A stretch of 64,000 nt of DNA from a bacterium (GTDB lineage Bacteria > SAR324 > NAC60-12): contig CBDDTI010000747.1 of the NCBI GenBank assembly GCA_965233585.1, positions 608,001-672,000 of the forward strand, read 5' to 3'. The position numbers were made by a program, and so were the translations under genes. Numbering within the stretch: position 1 is the first letter of the stretch; every line of letters begins with the position of its first letter. The notes below the pieces were generated by a model. The model was not told where the DNA came from. It did no database searches and was given only the letters and a program-made list of their open reading frames with translations. Positions 46,957 to 57,758 of this stretch are shown here, piece by piece.

Positions 46957-48738
46957 ATGAAAATCAAACAAAATCACTACTTTTGTTGTACCGTCTTGCT
47001 AGGGTTATTCCTCAATGCCTGTGGAATTGAGGGGGCTGGTGACTCTTCCGTTGCATCAAAGTCAGAGGAACAGCCGACTATTTCACCTGTGACTCCAGCA
47101 ACAACCAATAGTCCTGTTCAGCCTCCCGTTCAACTTCCAGCCCAGCAACAGCCGATTGTCCCATCTGTGACTCCTGCAACAACCAATAGTCCTACTCAAC
47201 CGGGAGTAGTGGCTAGTCTCAACATTCAAGACCCGCTTTACAAAGAGCAGTGGTATTTGAAGAATACAGGGCAGTCTGGGGGAACGGCTGGTATTGACAT
47301 TAACATTGAGCCTGTCTGGAGGCAAGGTTACACAGGAAAAGGTGTGAAAATTGGGGTTTTAGATGACCCCCTTCAAAGCAATCACCCTGATTTGAGAGTC
47401 TCATCAGTCAACATCACTGATTACTCTCCTGACGACCCCATTTGTGCTTCTGATCCTAATAAACGTAGGGGGCATGGAATGAATGTAGCGGGTTTGATTG
47501 CGGCAAGAGACAACAACATCGGCTTGCGTGGGGTGGCTTTCCGTTCCACGTTGTATGGCTATGGAGTGATTGACGGTGATAATATTCCAAATTTTCTTAA
47601 CAACGTCAGAGACGCTTTGAACAGAGCAGAACATCGGCAAATTGCTGTTTACAATGGAAGCATAGGAAATAAGGCATCTGAATATGATCCAATCACACCT
47701 GACATGTATCAAGCTGTTGAGAAAGTGACGCATCAAGGGTTTTATGGCAAAGGGTCTGTGTTAGTTTTTGCAGCAGGAAATGGCAGTGTGATAAGGCTGG
47801 GCAATTCTTCTTTAGAAGCCCTCTGGTCTAATCACTATGCCACAATCACAGTCAATACAGTCACTCGCGAAGGTTACTCTGTTGAAAACTTTGGAGGAAG
47901 TGGCGGGGTCAATCTATGGTTAGGTTCTCCTAGTCGTATGGGGTTTTCTGGAGGTAGAATGCCAACGACCAATGTCATTTGTTCAGGAGTGTCCCAATAT
48001 GATGAGATGAATGCGACTTCAGGTGCAACTCCGTTAGTTTCAGGAGTGGTGGCTTTGTTGCGTGAGGCGTATCCCCAACTCACGTGGCGTGATGTGAAGT
48101 TGATTTTGGCAGAAAGTGCCAGAAAAATCACAGATCAAGGTCAACAGTATCAAAAAACAGGTCAAATGTACTCTGACCCGACTCAAGACCAAAAGCATCA
48201 TCGTTACACAGGGTTTGGGTTGGTCAATGCTGGTGCGGCTTTGGAGTTAGCCAAAAGCTGGAAATCATTGCCCCCAATGAAAACTGCTGAGCAGAGCCAA
48301 AACACAAGTTTAGATGTGAGAACCCGCAACAGGTGGCATGAAAGCACCTTAAACTTCCGTAACATTCCACGAATCACTTTTATTGAATCAGTCACTTTGC
48401 AAATGGAGATGATGGCGGAAGAAGAGGTAGATGATGCTAACAATCGGGCATGTGTGGGTCAATGGGATTTAGAGCTGGTTTCGCCTGACCAAAAAAAGTC
48501 TGCCCTCTTTAAAGCCAATGGTGAGACAAAAATTTCTCATGCTTGGCAAGATGGGATTTGTTTGCAAGCAGGGGCAAATCAAGTGCGTTTCGTTTCTAAC
48601 TCCTTTTTAGGAAGTTCTTCTATCACAGGAGATTGGAAGTTAAGAATCAAACAAACTGATCCAGAACCTACAGCAGTTCATTATGCTGATTTGATGACTG
48701 AAATCAAAAACTGGAAAATCACTGTCAGAGGACATTAA
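46957..48738 (+). CDS. S8 (kexin/furin-like) serine protease lipoprotein with P-domain-like C-terminus
   Basis: Lipobox LNAC; DPLY..QWYL; triad GVLDD / GHGMNVAG / ATSGATP; AAGN; LTWRDV; GFGLVNA. Confidence 0.9.
   Translation: MKIKQNHYFCCTVLLGLFLNACGIEGAGDSSVASKSEEQPTISPVTPATTNSPVQPPVQLPAQQQPIVPSVTPATTNSPTQPGVVASLNIQDPLYKEQWYLKNTGQSGGTAGIDINIEPVWRQGYTGKGVKIGVLDDPLQSNHPDLRVSSVNITDYSPDDPICASDPNKRRGHGMNVAGLIAARDNNIGLRGVAFRSTLYGYGVIDGDNIPNFLNNVRDALNRAEHRQIAVYNGSIGNKASEYDPITPDMYQAVEKVTHQGFYGKGSVLVFAAGNGSVIRLGNSSLEALWSNHYATITVNTVTREGYSVENFGGSGGVNLWLGSPSRMGFSGGRMPTTNVICSGVSQYDEMNATSGATPLVSGVVALLREAYPQLTWRDVKLILAESARKITDQGQQYQKTGQMYSDPTQDQKHHRYTGFGLVNAGAALELAKSWKSLPPMKTAEQSQNTSLDVRTRNRWHESTLNFRNIPRITFIESVTLQMEMMAEEEVDDANNRACVGQWDLELVSPDQKKSALFKANGETKISHAWQDGICLQAGANQVRFVSNSFLGSSSITGDWKLRIKQTDPEPTAVHYADLMTEIKNWKITVRGH
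47087..47193 (+). repeat. Duplicated VTPATTNSP linker segment (78-bp period)
   Basis: ctgtgactcc(a/t)gcaacaaccaatagtcct twice. Confidence 0.8.
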
Positions 48739-48762
48739 ATTTTAAAAAAAACTTCAACAAAC

Positions 48763-49929
48763 TCACGTAGAGTATTCGGAGTTAATGCGGACGTATTCAG
48801 CAGTCAAATCACCTCCCCAGACAGTCTCTTGAAATGTCCCTTGACCAAGTGAGATTTCAATGTGAATCTCTGCTTGTTTCAAGGATTGTGCAATGCGTTC
48901 CAGAAACTCTGGTTGTTGTTGCACAATTTGGGCATTGATTGTCAAAGTTTTGTCAAATGTGATTTGAATGTGTTCTATTGGCACAACGTAGTCTGAAACA
49001 TTTCCTATTGCCATGATAAACCTACCCCAATTCGGGTCTGCACCATGAATGGCAGTTTGAACCAACGGTGAATTAATGATTTGATGAGCTGTCAAACGTG
49101 CTTGCCTTTGATCAACTGCACCCGAAACAACCAATTCCACAACCTTTGAAACACCCTCGCCATCTTTCACAAGTTCCTTAGACAGCCACCTAGACATCTC
49201 TAAAAATTTTTGTTCAAACTCTTCTTTTTTGACTCTTCCAGCAAGTCCATTAGATAAAATCACAGCAGTATCACTGGTTGAGGTGTCCCCATCAATGGAG
49301 ACACGATTCAACGTTTTTTCTACAACCTGATGAAGCATCGTTTTTAATTCTGCGGCAGAAAAATCAGCATCTGTTGCAAAATATGCCAACATCGTCGCCA
49401 TGTTTGGTGCAATCATTCCCGAACCTTTGACGACTCCAACAAGTGTTGCATCACCAATCTGACAAGAGGCAAATTTAGGTTGAGTATCGGTTGTCATAAT
49501 GGCACATGCAAAATTTTTAAAGGCTTGAGGTGTGCTTTGAAAATCTTTTTCAAGATTGACACAACCTTGCTTGATGCAGTCCATTGGCAGGAGTTTCCCG
49601 ATGATTCCAGTGGAAGAAGGCAAAACATCTTCAGGCTTGATACCAAGCTCTTTGGCAACCCACCTGCAAATCATCTGAGAATCTTCAATCCCCTTTGTTC
49701 CTGTTGCCACATTGGCATTTTTAGAGTTGACAATCACCGCTTGTAAAATGCCATTTTCAAGATGTTGACGCCCCACAACGACAGGCGCCCCGCATTGTGT
49801 GTTTTGTGTGAACATGCCAGAGGCTTGACAAGGAACTTGTGAGGCAATGCCTCCAAAATCAAGAGACTCATCTTTAATGCCAATGTTCTTACCAAACCAA
49901 GAAAAACCTTGAGGCAGTTTTATAACCAT
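48763..49929 (-). CDS. argJ: Ornithine acetyltransferase / glutamate N-acetyltransferase
   Basis: NANVATG, SSTGIIG, AIMTTDT, KGSGMIAPNMATML, DGDTSTSD, DGEG, DPNWGR. Confidence 0.95.
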   Translation of the reverse strand: MVIKLPQGFSWFGKNIGIKDESLDFGGIASQVPCQASGMFTQNTQCGAPVVVGRQHLENGILQAVIVNSKNANVATGTKGIEDSQMICRWVAKELGIKPEDVLPSSTGIIGKLLPMDCIKQGCVNLEKDFQSTPQAFKNFACAIMTTDTQPKFASCQIGDATLVGVVKGSGMIAPNMATMLAYFATDADFSAAELKTMLHQVVEKTLNRVSIDGDTSTSDTAVILSNGLAGRVKKEEFEQKFLEMSRWLSKELVKDGEGVSKVVELVVSGAVDQRQARLTAHQIINSPLVQTAIHGADPNWGRFIMAIGNVSDYVVPIEHIQITFDKTLTINAQIVQQQPEFLERIAQSLKQAEIHIEISLGQGTFQETVWGGDLTAEYVRINSEYST

Positions 49930-50037
49930 GACAAATTGAGTAATAGATGACGAGAGGGTGATGTTTGAAAGTTGGAAGGAGAAAAGACTTGATGACAAGT
50001 TTTGACAAAAAATCTTGATTTCTAAAAAGCAATATCT

Positions 50038-50065
50038 TGTTGATGCACCAAATTGTGCATCAACA
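50038..50065 (-). terminator. Hairpin downstream of pstS
   Basis: tgttgatgcac-caaatt-gtgcatcaaca, 11-bp stem. Confidence 0.55.
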
Positions 50066-50070
50066 GTAGC

Positions 50071-51114
50071 TTACTTCAATAAGCCTAGTTGTCTTTGTTG
50101 AAGTTTAGAGGGCAGAGGTAAGTAGCCATCTTTTTCAACAATCTTTTGTCCTTCTCGGGAGAGAATGAATGTTAAGAATTGTTTGACGACAGGAGAAAGC
50201 GGCTTGCCCGGTTCTTTGACAATATAAACTAACAGCATGCGAGAAAGGGGATATTTTTGGCTAACGACATTTTGATATGTCCCCTGATATGACGTCTGAC
50301 CATGTTTTTTAGAAAGAGGCACAACACGCACTCCTGACGTTTGATACCCCATTCCAGAATAACCAATGCCTCCTAAATCTTTAGCAATAGATTGCACCAC
50401 AGAAGCAGAACCCGGTTGCTCTTTCACAGAGTTTTTATAATCTCCTTTAAATAAGGCTTTGGACTTAAAATAACCATAAGTTCCAGAGGCAGAGTTTCTC
50501 CCATACAAACTGATTGCCCTATTTTTCCATGCTCCTTTCAGTCCAAGGTCTCCCCAAGTTTCAATGTTCTTGGAAAAGCCCCCCCTTCGTGTGCTGGAAA
50601 AGATGGCATCAATCTGAGGAAAGGACAGCTCTTGCAATGGATTGTCCTTGTGTACAAAAATGGCTAAGGCATCAAGGGCAACACCAATAGCAGTTGGGGG
50701 GAATCCATATTTTTTCTCAAAACTTTCCATCTCCTTTTTTTTCATAGGGCGGGACATCGGACCAAATTGTGCAGTCCCTTCAATCAAAGCAGGTGGTGCG
50801 GTGCTAGACCCCTTGCCTTCAATCTGGATTCGGACATTTGGATAAACTTTGCGAAAGGACTCGCTCCATAATGTCATCAAATTATTGAGAGTGTCTGACC
50901 CAATACTGTCAATCCGACCATCGGTTCCAGGAACCTTTTCATACTTTTTTATTTTGGGGTCAATGAAGGAAGTTTGTGCTGAAACCGCTGTCCCAACACC
51001 GACACAGAAAATCGTGCCTAACATTTTTTTTGTATAAAACATATATTTTAGTTTTAAATTTAAGATTAAGAACATAGCTAAACCAATTTGAAATAGCCGA
51101 TTTTTTCCATTCAT
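50071..51114 (-). CDS. pstS: Phosphate ABC substrate-binding protein (start uncertain)
   Basis: GSDTL, EGKGSSTAPPAL, GRNSASGTY, YPLSR. Confidence 0.9.
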   Translation of the reverse strand: MNGKNRLFQIGLAMFLILNLKLKYMFYTKKMLGTIFCVGVGTAVSAQTSFIDPKIKKYEKVPGTDGRIDSIGSDTLNNLMTLWSESFRKVYPNVRIQIEGKGSSTAPPALIEGTAQFGPMSRPMKKKEMESFEKKYGFPPTAIGVALDALAIFVHKDNPLQELSFPQIDAIFSSTRRGGFSKNIETWGDLGLKGAWKNRAISLYGRNSASGTYGYFKSKALFKGDYKNSVKEQPGSASVVQSIAKDLGGIGYSGMGYQTSGVRVVPLSKKHGQTSYQGTYQNVVSQKYPLSRMLLVYIVKEPGKPLSPVVKQFLTFILSREGQKIVEKDGYLPLPSKLQQRQLGLLK

Positions 51115-51555
51115 TCAAGAGAGGCTTGACAAAGTCTCGTGTCCTTTGATGAACAAGTGATTTTTTGCCGAATACTACAATGACAAGGAATTTTTCTACT
51201 ATCATTTTTTAAAGGATTTAGCTATGGACATATTTTTGTATGAGACCAATTTCGTGTCAAGTTTTTTTAAAAAAATAGTTATATCCCTTGATTATTGGTC
51301 TTTTGTCCCACCATTGAAGACTTTGAGTGTGAAGAATACTTTGAGAGACTGATTAGATGACGTTCATTGTAGAATGCTCACCAGATGGCAAGGCAGACTA
51401 TGAAGTAAGGCTATTTGAAGAGGTAGTGAATGTGCCATGAATCATTCACAGCACATCTTGAGGATTTTTCAAAAAAATTTGATGGAATTGAACAGAATTT
51501 GTGTTGCCAAGTTTGATAAAGTTTGACGTGGGAAAGGCACGATGCAGTTGACGCC

Positions 51556-52113
51556 TTAAAAGACGATTCCCAAACCAACTGAAACCAATGACCCTCCGAC
51601 TGACACTTTGTCAGAACCTATTTCTACTTTTGACTCCAGCAGTTGATGCACACCTACCCTGAATTGAACCAATGGAAAAATGGGAAGACCTAAATTTGCA
51701 AAAACACGTCCAGTGTTTTTTTTCTCTTCTTTACTGACGGAGCTAATACTTCTGGTTACTTTTGCTTCTCCAACACCAACGCCTAGTGAAAGTTTGACGA
51801 ATACATCAAGCGAATAAAACACATCAAACATGGTGGCTTCATATTTGGTTTCAACACCTGACACATTTTTGTCTTTAAATTTTTGCTGAATCTGGCTGAC
51901 ACCAAGCCCAAGTAAAAAAGGCAACTCTACATTTGCACTGCCCCCAGTCAAATTTCCATCAGTCTCAAGCTCCCTTTTTCCATCGTCATGTTCCAACTCT
52001 GCATCAAAACTTCCAGCGACAAAGGCATCAACTGCAACAGAACCGATTAGGTCTGCAAAAACGGCATGAGACGAACCCAAAACTAACGCACAAATGACAA
52101 GCAACTTTTTCAT
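51556..52113 (-). CDS. Putative small outer-membrane beta-barrel protein
   Basis: Signal peptide (VFA), amphipathic strands, C-terminal GLGIVF. Confidence 0.7.
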   Translation of the reverse strand: MKKLLVICALVLGSSHAVFADLIGSVAVDAFVAGSFDAELEHDDGKRELETDGNLTGGSANVELPFLLGLGVSQIQQKFKDKNVSGVETKYEATMFDVFYSLDVFVKLSLGVGVGEAKVTRSISSVSKEEKKNTGRVFANLGLPIFPLVQFRVGVHQLLESKVEIGSDKVSVGGSLVSVGLGIVF

Positions 52114-52192
52114 CTGATTTTCCTTTGTTAAAATTGATTATTTATTATGAAGGTCATGCAACGAATAGTCCAAAATCAAGCCAAAACTCATA

Positions 52193-53785
52193 TTAAAATT
52201 GATAAACAATTCTTCCCACGCCTTGCACGATGACCTGAGGTGAAAGGTCTTTGGGAATTTCATTTTGTTCTGTTGTGAAGGCATCACCTGTATAAAACAA
52301 GTTGACGTCAACTTCACCCCTTAAATTTCTTGCCAAACTAAATGAAAGGGAGTTGTCCAACTCAGTTCCAATCTGTTTCACTTCCTCTTTTTCAATGTTG
52401 AGAACAGGTTTGTTGCGAGCTAAATGAAACAACCCTATGTCGTAATACAACCAATCATCTGGCGAGGCATAGCGATAGGCAAACCCGAGCATTGAGAGAT
52501 TTGACACAGAATGCCCCAGCCCTGTCCCAGAGCGAATGTCATTGCTCCGACCATTAAAATAAAGTTTTGTGCCTTGATAAGTCCCCGGCGTGATTTCATG
52601 GTATGCCTGAGAGGTTCGGAAAATATTCTTGCCCTCATTTTCTTCATCAGTTAACTGCTCATCTCCTGTGGCATATAAAGCATGAAATTTAAAAACAGAT
52701 GCCAAAGAAGCCACGTCCCATGTCCATTCTGTTTCTATTGCAAACCCGCTGACTCCTTCTTCAGGATTATTATCTGCGGCAAGTCGTTCTTCATGTTCTT
52801 CACCAAAGTCTGGAGTGACACGTGATTCAGTGTTGTCAGAATGATAAGCTCTTTTGCCCTGCAATGCTGTTGCATCTAAATCCAAAAGAAATAAGCCATA
52901 CTGCCACAGAATTTGAAAACCAAAATACTTTTGACGGTGGGCATTGTATTCTATGGGGTTTCCGTTCCTATCCGTGACTTGTCTTGAAGTTTTTTGAATG
53001 TTGTCTTCATCGTCCACTTCCTCACCGCTTCGGAGAAACTCTTTGACTTCTTCAATGCGTTGGTTGTTGCGAGTGGTTGCTGCGCCAGAAATGCCAAGCG
53101 GGATGTTTTTTTCGTTATAATCAATGCGGAACACTTCTATTGTGAAGGAATGAGACTTCCCCCCCCCTAAATCTGTCTCAAAAAAAGGATAACGAAGCGA
53201 GCCATAGTAAGTCCAGTCAGCAATACTATCAGCCATTTTCACTGCTCCCAGTGTGTAGCACCATGTGCCAAGCCGACACGAATGCGTTGCTCCTTTCAAA
53301 ATGCCTGAAAAGATTTTTCCTTTTCTTGCCCCAAGCTCCACCTCTTGCTTGCCTATCTTGACACTGTTGTTTGGATTTGTTCGGTATTCTAAAAAAACTT
53401 GTCTGGCAAGTAGTGTGTTGTTTTGTGATTCGGGGTCAGGTTCATTGCGTAAATTCTGGTCTTGTACATCTTGCTGGTCTATGCCAATCTCCAAATGTAA
53501 AAACACATCACGATTGACAATGGATTTAATATAAAGGCGTGGGTCGTGTTCAAACTTGGTATCTGCTGGGTGACGTTCATCGGAGTAACGTCTTTCAAAA
53601 TGACTGCCTTTTATTTGAGAAGCGTATGCGTTATATTGAAGGGAAAACTCTAGCCCCGGCGAGAATGCTAACTTTTCCTCTTGTTCTTCAATGTCATCAA
53701 CAGAAACAGGAACAAAGTTGGATTGAGCAAATAAGGCATTGGCAAAACAAATGGAAGCAAAGCAAAGAACTAGACGATTCATCAT
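52193..53785 (-). CDS. Putative outer-membrane porin (alginate-export-like)
   Basis: Signal peptide, IGKQ, YATGD, IGTELD, C-terminal YQF. Confidence 0.65.
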   Translation of the reverse strand: MMNRLVLCFASICFANALFAQSNFVPVSVDDIEEQEEKLAFSPGLEFSLQYNAYASQIKGSHFERRYSDERHPADTKFEHDPRLYIKSIVNRDVFLHLEIGIDQQDVQDQNLRNEPDPESQNNTLLARQVFLEYRTNPNNSVKIGKQEVELGARKGKIFSGILKGATHSCRLGTWCYTLGAVKMADSIADWTYYGSLRYPFFETDLGGGKSHSFTIEVFRIDYNEKNIPLGISGAATTRNNQRIEEVKEFLRSGEEVDDEDNIQKTSRQVTDRNGNPIEYNAHRQKYFGFQILWQYGLFLLDLDATALQGKRAYHSDNTESRVTPDFGEEHEERLAADNNPEEGVSGFAIETEWTWDVASLASVFKFHALYATGDEQLTDEENEGKNIFRTSQAYHEITPGTYQGTKLYFNGRSNDIRSGTGLGHSVSNLSMLGFAYRYASPDDWLYYDIGLFHLARNKPVLNIEKEEVKQIGTELDNSLSFSLARNLRGEVDVNLFYTGDAFTTEQNEIPKDLSPQVIVQGVGRIVYQF

Positions 53786-53869
53786 GTAGTTTTAAAAATT
53801 AAAAGTTAAAAATTGACCAAATCAACAAACTATGACCCTTTAATCTATTAAAAAATCAACCTTTTTTTC

Positions 53870-55579
53870 ATGTCTTTTCAAAAAAAATGGACACGACACC
53901 AAAAATTCCCAATCGTGGAACAAGCCTTAATCCATGAGTTCCAAATCCCTTGGCTAGCCGCTTCTTTCCTTGCTTCTTGTCATCATGGCAATTTAGAAAA
54001 AGCAAGACTCTTTCTCAATACAAGCCTGCACAATTTACACGAACCTTATTTGATGAAAGACATGGAAGAGGCAACTTTGCGTCTGACTGAAGCCATTGTC
54101 AAGGATGAGAACATTCTCATTGTTGGTGATTATGATGTTGATGGCATCACAGCTTCATCATGTCTGCTGATTTTCTTAGCAACGTGTCATTGTAGCAACT
54201 TTGAGGTCTTTATTCCAAATCGTTTTAAACATGGGTACGGATTAACCTCTGCAAGTGTGGAAGAAATTCTTTCAAAACAACCTCAACTTGTGGTGACTGT
54301 GGATCATGGAATCACTGCAGTTGACGAAATTGCAACACTCAAACGACATGGCATTGAGACCATTGTTACAGACCATCACCTGCCAAACTCTCAAAACTCC
54401 ATGCCCGATTGCTTGGTTGTCAATCCCAACCGAAAAGATTGTACTTATCCTTTCAAAGGTGTGACAGGTTGTGGCGTTGCCTTTAAATTACTGGTTGCAT
54501 TAAGAAGGCATTTAAGACAACAAGGTTTTTGGTCTTGCCAGAAGCCAGAACCTAACCTTAAAAATTATTTAGATTTGGTCGCTCTTGGGACACTCGCAGA
54601 CATGGCACCGCTGGTTGATGAAAACAGGGTGTTGGTGCATCATGGACTCAAGCAGATGAACCAGACAACACGTTGTGGATTGCAGGCGTTGTTGCAAAAA
54701 ATGAATGTTCAAAAAGTGGATACACAGGCGATTGCATTCAAGATCTGCCCCATGTTGAATGCCGCAGGAAGAATGGAAGATGCGACGCTCGCCGTGAATG
54801 TCTTGACTGAAGAAAATACAGAGCGTGCAAAGGAGCTTGTCGCTTCTTTGTATCGGCTGAATGAAAAGAGAAAACGCAAGGCAAGCCAAATGCTAAAAAT
54901 TGCAAATTTGGAGGCACAACGTCAACAAAAAGAATCTGCTTTTGTGATGAGTTCCCCTCAATTCCACGAAGGCATCATCGGCATCACAGCAGCACAGATT
55001 GTGGAAAAATACCAAAAACCGACAGTTGTATTTGCCCAAGCAGGTCAGTTTTTAAAGGGGTCAGGTCGTTCTGGGGGAATAGTGCATCTGCGAAGTGCTT
55101 TTGATGCGTGTTCAGAGTATTTGGAAAGGTTTGGAGGTCACCGTAATGCCGCAGGTTGTTCCCTACATCAGCAAAATTTTGCCAGCTTCAAATCTGCATT
55201 TTATGAAACTTGTCACCAAATGTCTGATTCACAAATGCAAGAACCTCTTAAAATTTTTGCTACTCTAAAACTTTCTCAACTTTCTGCATCGCTCATTGAA
55301 AGTTTCAACTTGCTTGAGCCTTTTGGGGTAGCAAACCCTGAACCAATCTTTGCCATTGAAAAACCATCTATGCCTCTTAAAAGTTTTGGGAAGCATCTTT
55401 GCTGGAAGTACAGAGACATCACCATCATTGGTTGGAACATGCTGGAGTTTCATTTGCAATCGGGGCTATATCAGCCTCACCAAATGCTTGCAGTTGTTCC
55501 CAAACGTTCCACTTCGTTTCAAAGCCTTATGGAGTTGAGAATCATTGGATATTTAGAGCCTTCTCCCATTCCACGCTAG
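53870..55579 (+). CDS. recJ: ssDNA exonuclease RecJ
   Basis: GDYDVDG, TVDHG, TDHH, GTLAD, NAAGR, GGH..AAG. Confidence 0.95.
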   Translation: MSFQKKWTRHQKFPIVEQALIHEFQIPWLAASFLASCHHGNLEKARLFLNTSLHNLHEPYLMKDMEEATLRLTEAIVKDENILIVGDYDVDGITASSCLLIFLATCHCSNFEVFIPNRFKHGYGLTSASVEEILSKQPQLVVTVDHGITAVDEIATLKRHGIETIVTDHHLPNSQNSMPDCLVVNPNRKDCTYPFKGVTGCGVAFKLLVALRRHLRQQGFWSCQKPEPNLKNYLDLVALGTLADMAPLVDENRVLVHHGLKQMNQTTRCGLQALLQKMNVQKVDTQAIAFKICPMLNAAGRMEDATLAVNVLTEENTERAKELVASLYRLNEKRKRKASQMLKIANLEAQRQQKESAFVMSSPQFHEGIIGITAAQIVEKYQKPTVVFAQAGQFLKGSGRSGGIVHLRSAFDACSEYLERFGGHRNAAGCSLHQQNFASFKSAFYETCHQMSDSQMQEPLKIFATLKLSQLSASLIESFNLLEPFGVANPEPIFAIEKPSMPLKSFGKHLCWKYRDITIIGWNMLEFHLQSGLYQPHQMLAVVPKRSTSFQSLMELRIIGYLEPSPIPR

Positions 55580-55614
55580 AACGTTGCCAAAACATTTAGC
55601 TTTTTTGAGACTGC

Positions 55615-56619
55615 CTAAATCTCTCCCTTAGCATCTTGAATCATTTGCCACAGAGCATAAATCAATTTGTCTTTTCCTAAACCTGTTGCACCCGAGATGA
55701 AAAAGGTTTTGGGGTCTCCAAAAGAGTCTTGAAGTTGAAACAAGTCATTTTCGCTGACTAAATCAACCTTATTGAATGCGATTAAATAAGGTTTTTTTGC
55801 TAATTTTGGTGCAAATGACTGTAATTCATTCATCAGAATTTGCAAGGCTTTGTCAGGTTGATAGTCGGCATGTTCAGAACAGTCAATGACAAACAAAAGA
55901 CAAGAGGCTCTTTCAATATGCCTCAAAAAGCGGTCTCCAAGACCTGCCCCTTGATGAGCATTTTCAATCAAGCCCGGTATGTCTGCCATCACAAACGATT
56001 GATAAGAATCAGGCACTTGCACGACACCCAGATTAGGAACAAGAGTTGTAAAAGGGTAATCTGCGACTTTAGGCTTGGCTCTTGAAACTTGGCGAATCCA
56101 TGTGGACTTTCCTGCATTAGGGAATCCAACCAACCCCACGTCAGCAATCAACTTCAATTCAAGCCTGACCCACATTTCAAAACCTTGTGTTCCATTCTGT
56201 GCAAAGTCTGGGCTTCTTCTCACAGAGCTTTTAAAACGTGCGTTCCCTTTGCCTCCTTTGCCTCCTTTTAGAAAAACATAGTCTTGAGTATCCAAAACTT
56301 CCAAATAACATTCACCCGTCTCTACATCTCGGATTTCTGAACCACAAGGCACATGAATCACCAAATCATCGGCACTTTTCCCCTGTTTGTGCTGACTGCC
56401 CCCTGCAGACCCAGAACCTGCGATGTGATGTTGCCGAAAAGACAAATCAAGCAAAGTTTGCAAGTTGCGGTCACCACGAAAGATAATGCTACCGCCATCT
56501 CCGCCATCTCCGCCATCGGGTCCACCTTTGGGAATACCACGCTCACGCCTGAAGGAGACACACCCCTTGCCTCCATCTCCTGAACGAACATAAATTTTGA
56601 CAGAGTCAATGAACTTCAT
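55615..56619 (-). CDS. obgE: GTPase ObgE
   Basis: Gly-rich Obg domain, GFPNAGKS, DYPFTT, DIPG, NKVD. Confidence 0.97.
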   Translation of the reverse strand: MKFIDSVKIYVRSGDGGKGCVSFRRERGIPKGGPDGGDGGDGGSIIFRGDRNLQTLLDLSFRQHHIAGSGSAGGSQHKQGKSADDLVIHVPCGSEIRDVETGECYLEVLDTQDYVFLKGGKGGKGNARFKSSVRRSPDFAQNGTQGFEMWVRLELKLIADVGLVGFPNAGKSTWIRQVSRAKPKVADYPFTTLVPNLGVVQVPDSYQSFVMADIPGLIENAHQGAGLGDRFLRHIERASCLLFVIDCSEHADYQPDKALQILMNELQSFAPKLAKKPYLIAFNKVDLVSENDLFQLQDSFGDPKTFFISGATGLGKDKLIYALWQMIQDAKGEI

Positions 56620-56820
56620 GGGAATCTTTCAAAAAGAGTTTTTCAGCAAATCGTTATAATGATACACTTTCGCTTAAAAAGTTTTGTTGATTGCTAGAGG
56701 GAAGAAAAAACAAGGAGACAAATGAGGGAATTAATGCAAGTTAGAAATTGCTGAAGATGAGACTGAAAGAGTCAATTTAAGGCAGTGTGAATTGAAGCAA
56801 GGTTTGAAAAAGGCTAGGTC

Positions 56821-56861
56821 GGACAAAAAACTTAATTTAAAAAAATTTAAGTTTGATGTCC
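56821..56861 (-). terminator. Possible hairpin downstream of PEBP gene
   Basis: ggaca..aaacttaa / ttaagttt..tgtcc imperfect inverted repeat. Confidence 0.35.
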
Positions 56862-56878
56862 GCAAGCGACAAGTGCCT

Positions 56879-57664
56879 TTAAGGTCTCTTGAAAGTGAAA
56901 GGAAGAACAGCTGTTCCCAGAATTTTAGCTTCTAAAAAACCTCTACCTTTTCCAGTTATATACTTTTCTATCTCAGTCTGATAATTCCCACTAGCGACCG
57001 CAATGACTCCTGATCCAAAAAAGGCTGCGACCACGTCTTCTGTTGTTTTGATTGCGTAAAGGCGAAATTCGTAATTATGAGCTTTACCTGTAGGAGGGTA
57101 AGGACCGTGATAATAAGGGTTAGAATTCCTTTCGGCATCTATCCTAATCTTTTGTCCTGTTGTCAAGGTGACCTCTGGGGTGGTTTTGACATCAAGACCT
57201 TCTGGGAGTGATTTCAAATCTTTAGGCATTGCAACGTACCAGTGCATTGTTGCTGGAGAGTCTTTGTCAAACAGAATGAGAATAAAATGAGTTGTGCCAG
57301 CAGGTGCATTGGTCCAACTCAAAGGAGGAGTGGTATTACTAGCGCCAGCAACGCCATCAGTTCTGCAACCAGTGCCATCCGTGGCTCTACTACAAGCATA
57401 TTTCAAGGGCAAAGCTCCCCCTGAAGCCACAGCAGAAGAAGTCAGAGTGAATTGAGGAGTTGCGGGTGCTTCGGGCTTGTCTTCTGGTTTAGAAGAGTCA
57501 TCGCTGTCGCTATCGCTGTTTTTCTTACCCTCACAAGAAGCAAAAACAACGCCCAACAAGAGTAAAAATAATCCAAATTTCAAGTTTTTGAAACGAAGCA
57601 TTTTTCTAGTCATAGATTTCATAACCATTACCTTATTAGAAGATTGAAAAAGTACGGTAGTCAT
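56879..57664 (-). CDS. YbhB/YbcL (PEBP) family lipoprotein; start uncertain
   Basis: Lipobox FASC; PPLSW..AP.GT, DKDSP, HW, YHGPYPP.G..HNYEF.LYA. Confidence 0.85.
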   Translation of the reverse strand: MTTVLFQSSNKVMVMKSMTRKMLRFKNLKFGLFLLLLGVVFASCEGKKNSDSDSDDSSKPEDKPEAPATPQFTLTSSAVASGGALPLKYACSRATDGTGCRTDGVAGASNTTPPLSWTNAPAGTTHFILILFDKDSPATMHWYVAMPKDLKSLPEGLDVKTTPEVTLTTGQKIRIDAERNSNPYYHGPYPPTGKAHNYEFRLYAIKTTEDVVAAFFGSGVIAVASGNYQTEIEKYITGKGRGFLEAKILGTAVLPFTFKRP

Positions 57665-57758
57665 TGTGATTTGAAACCAGTTTTATTGCAAATCTTTTTT
57701 TGCAAAAAATTATTTTTTAATTCCAAATTTCATCAAACTCACTGACTCTCAATTTGTT

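Noticed and set aside
51290..51440. Short ORF-like stretches upstream of pstS
   Set aside because: Under 30 aa, no SD, no recognisable motif
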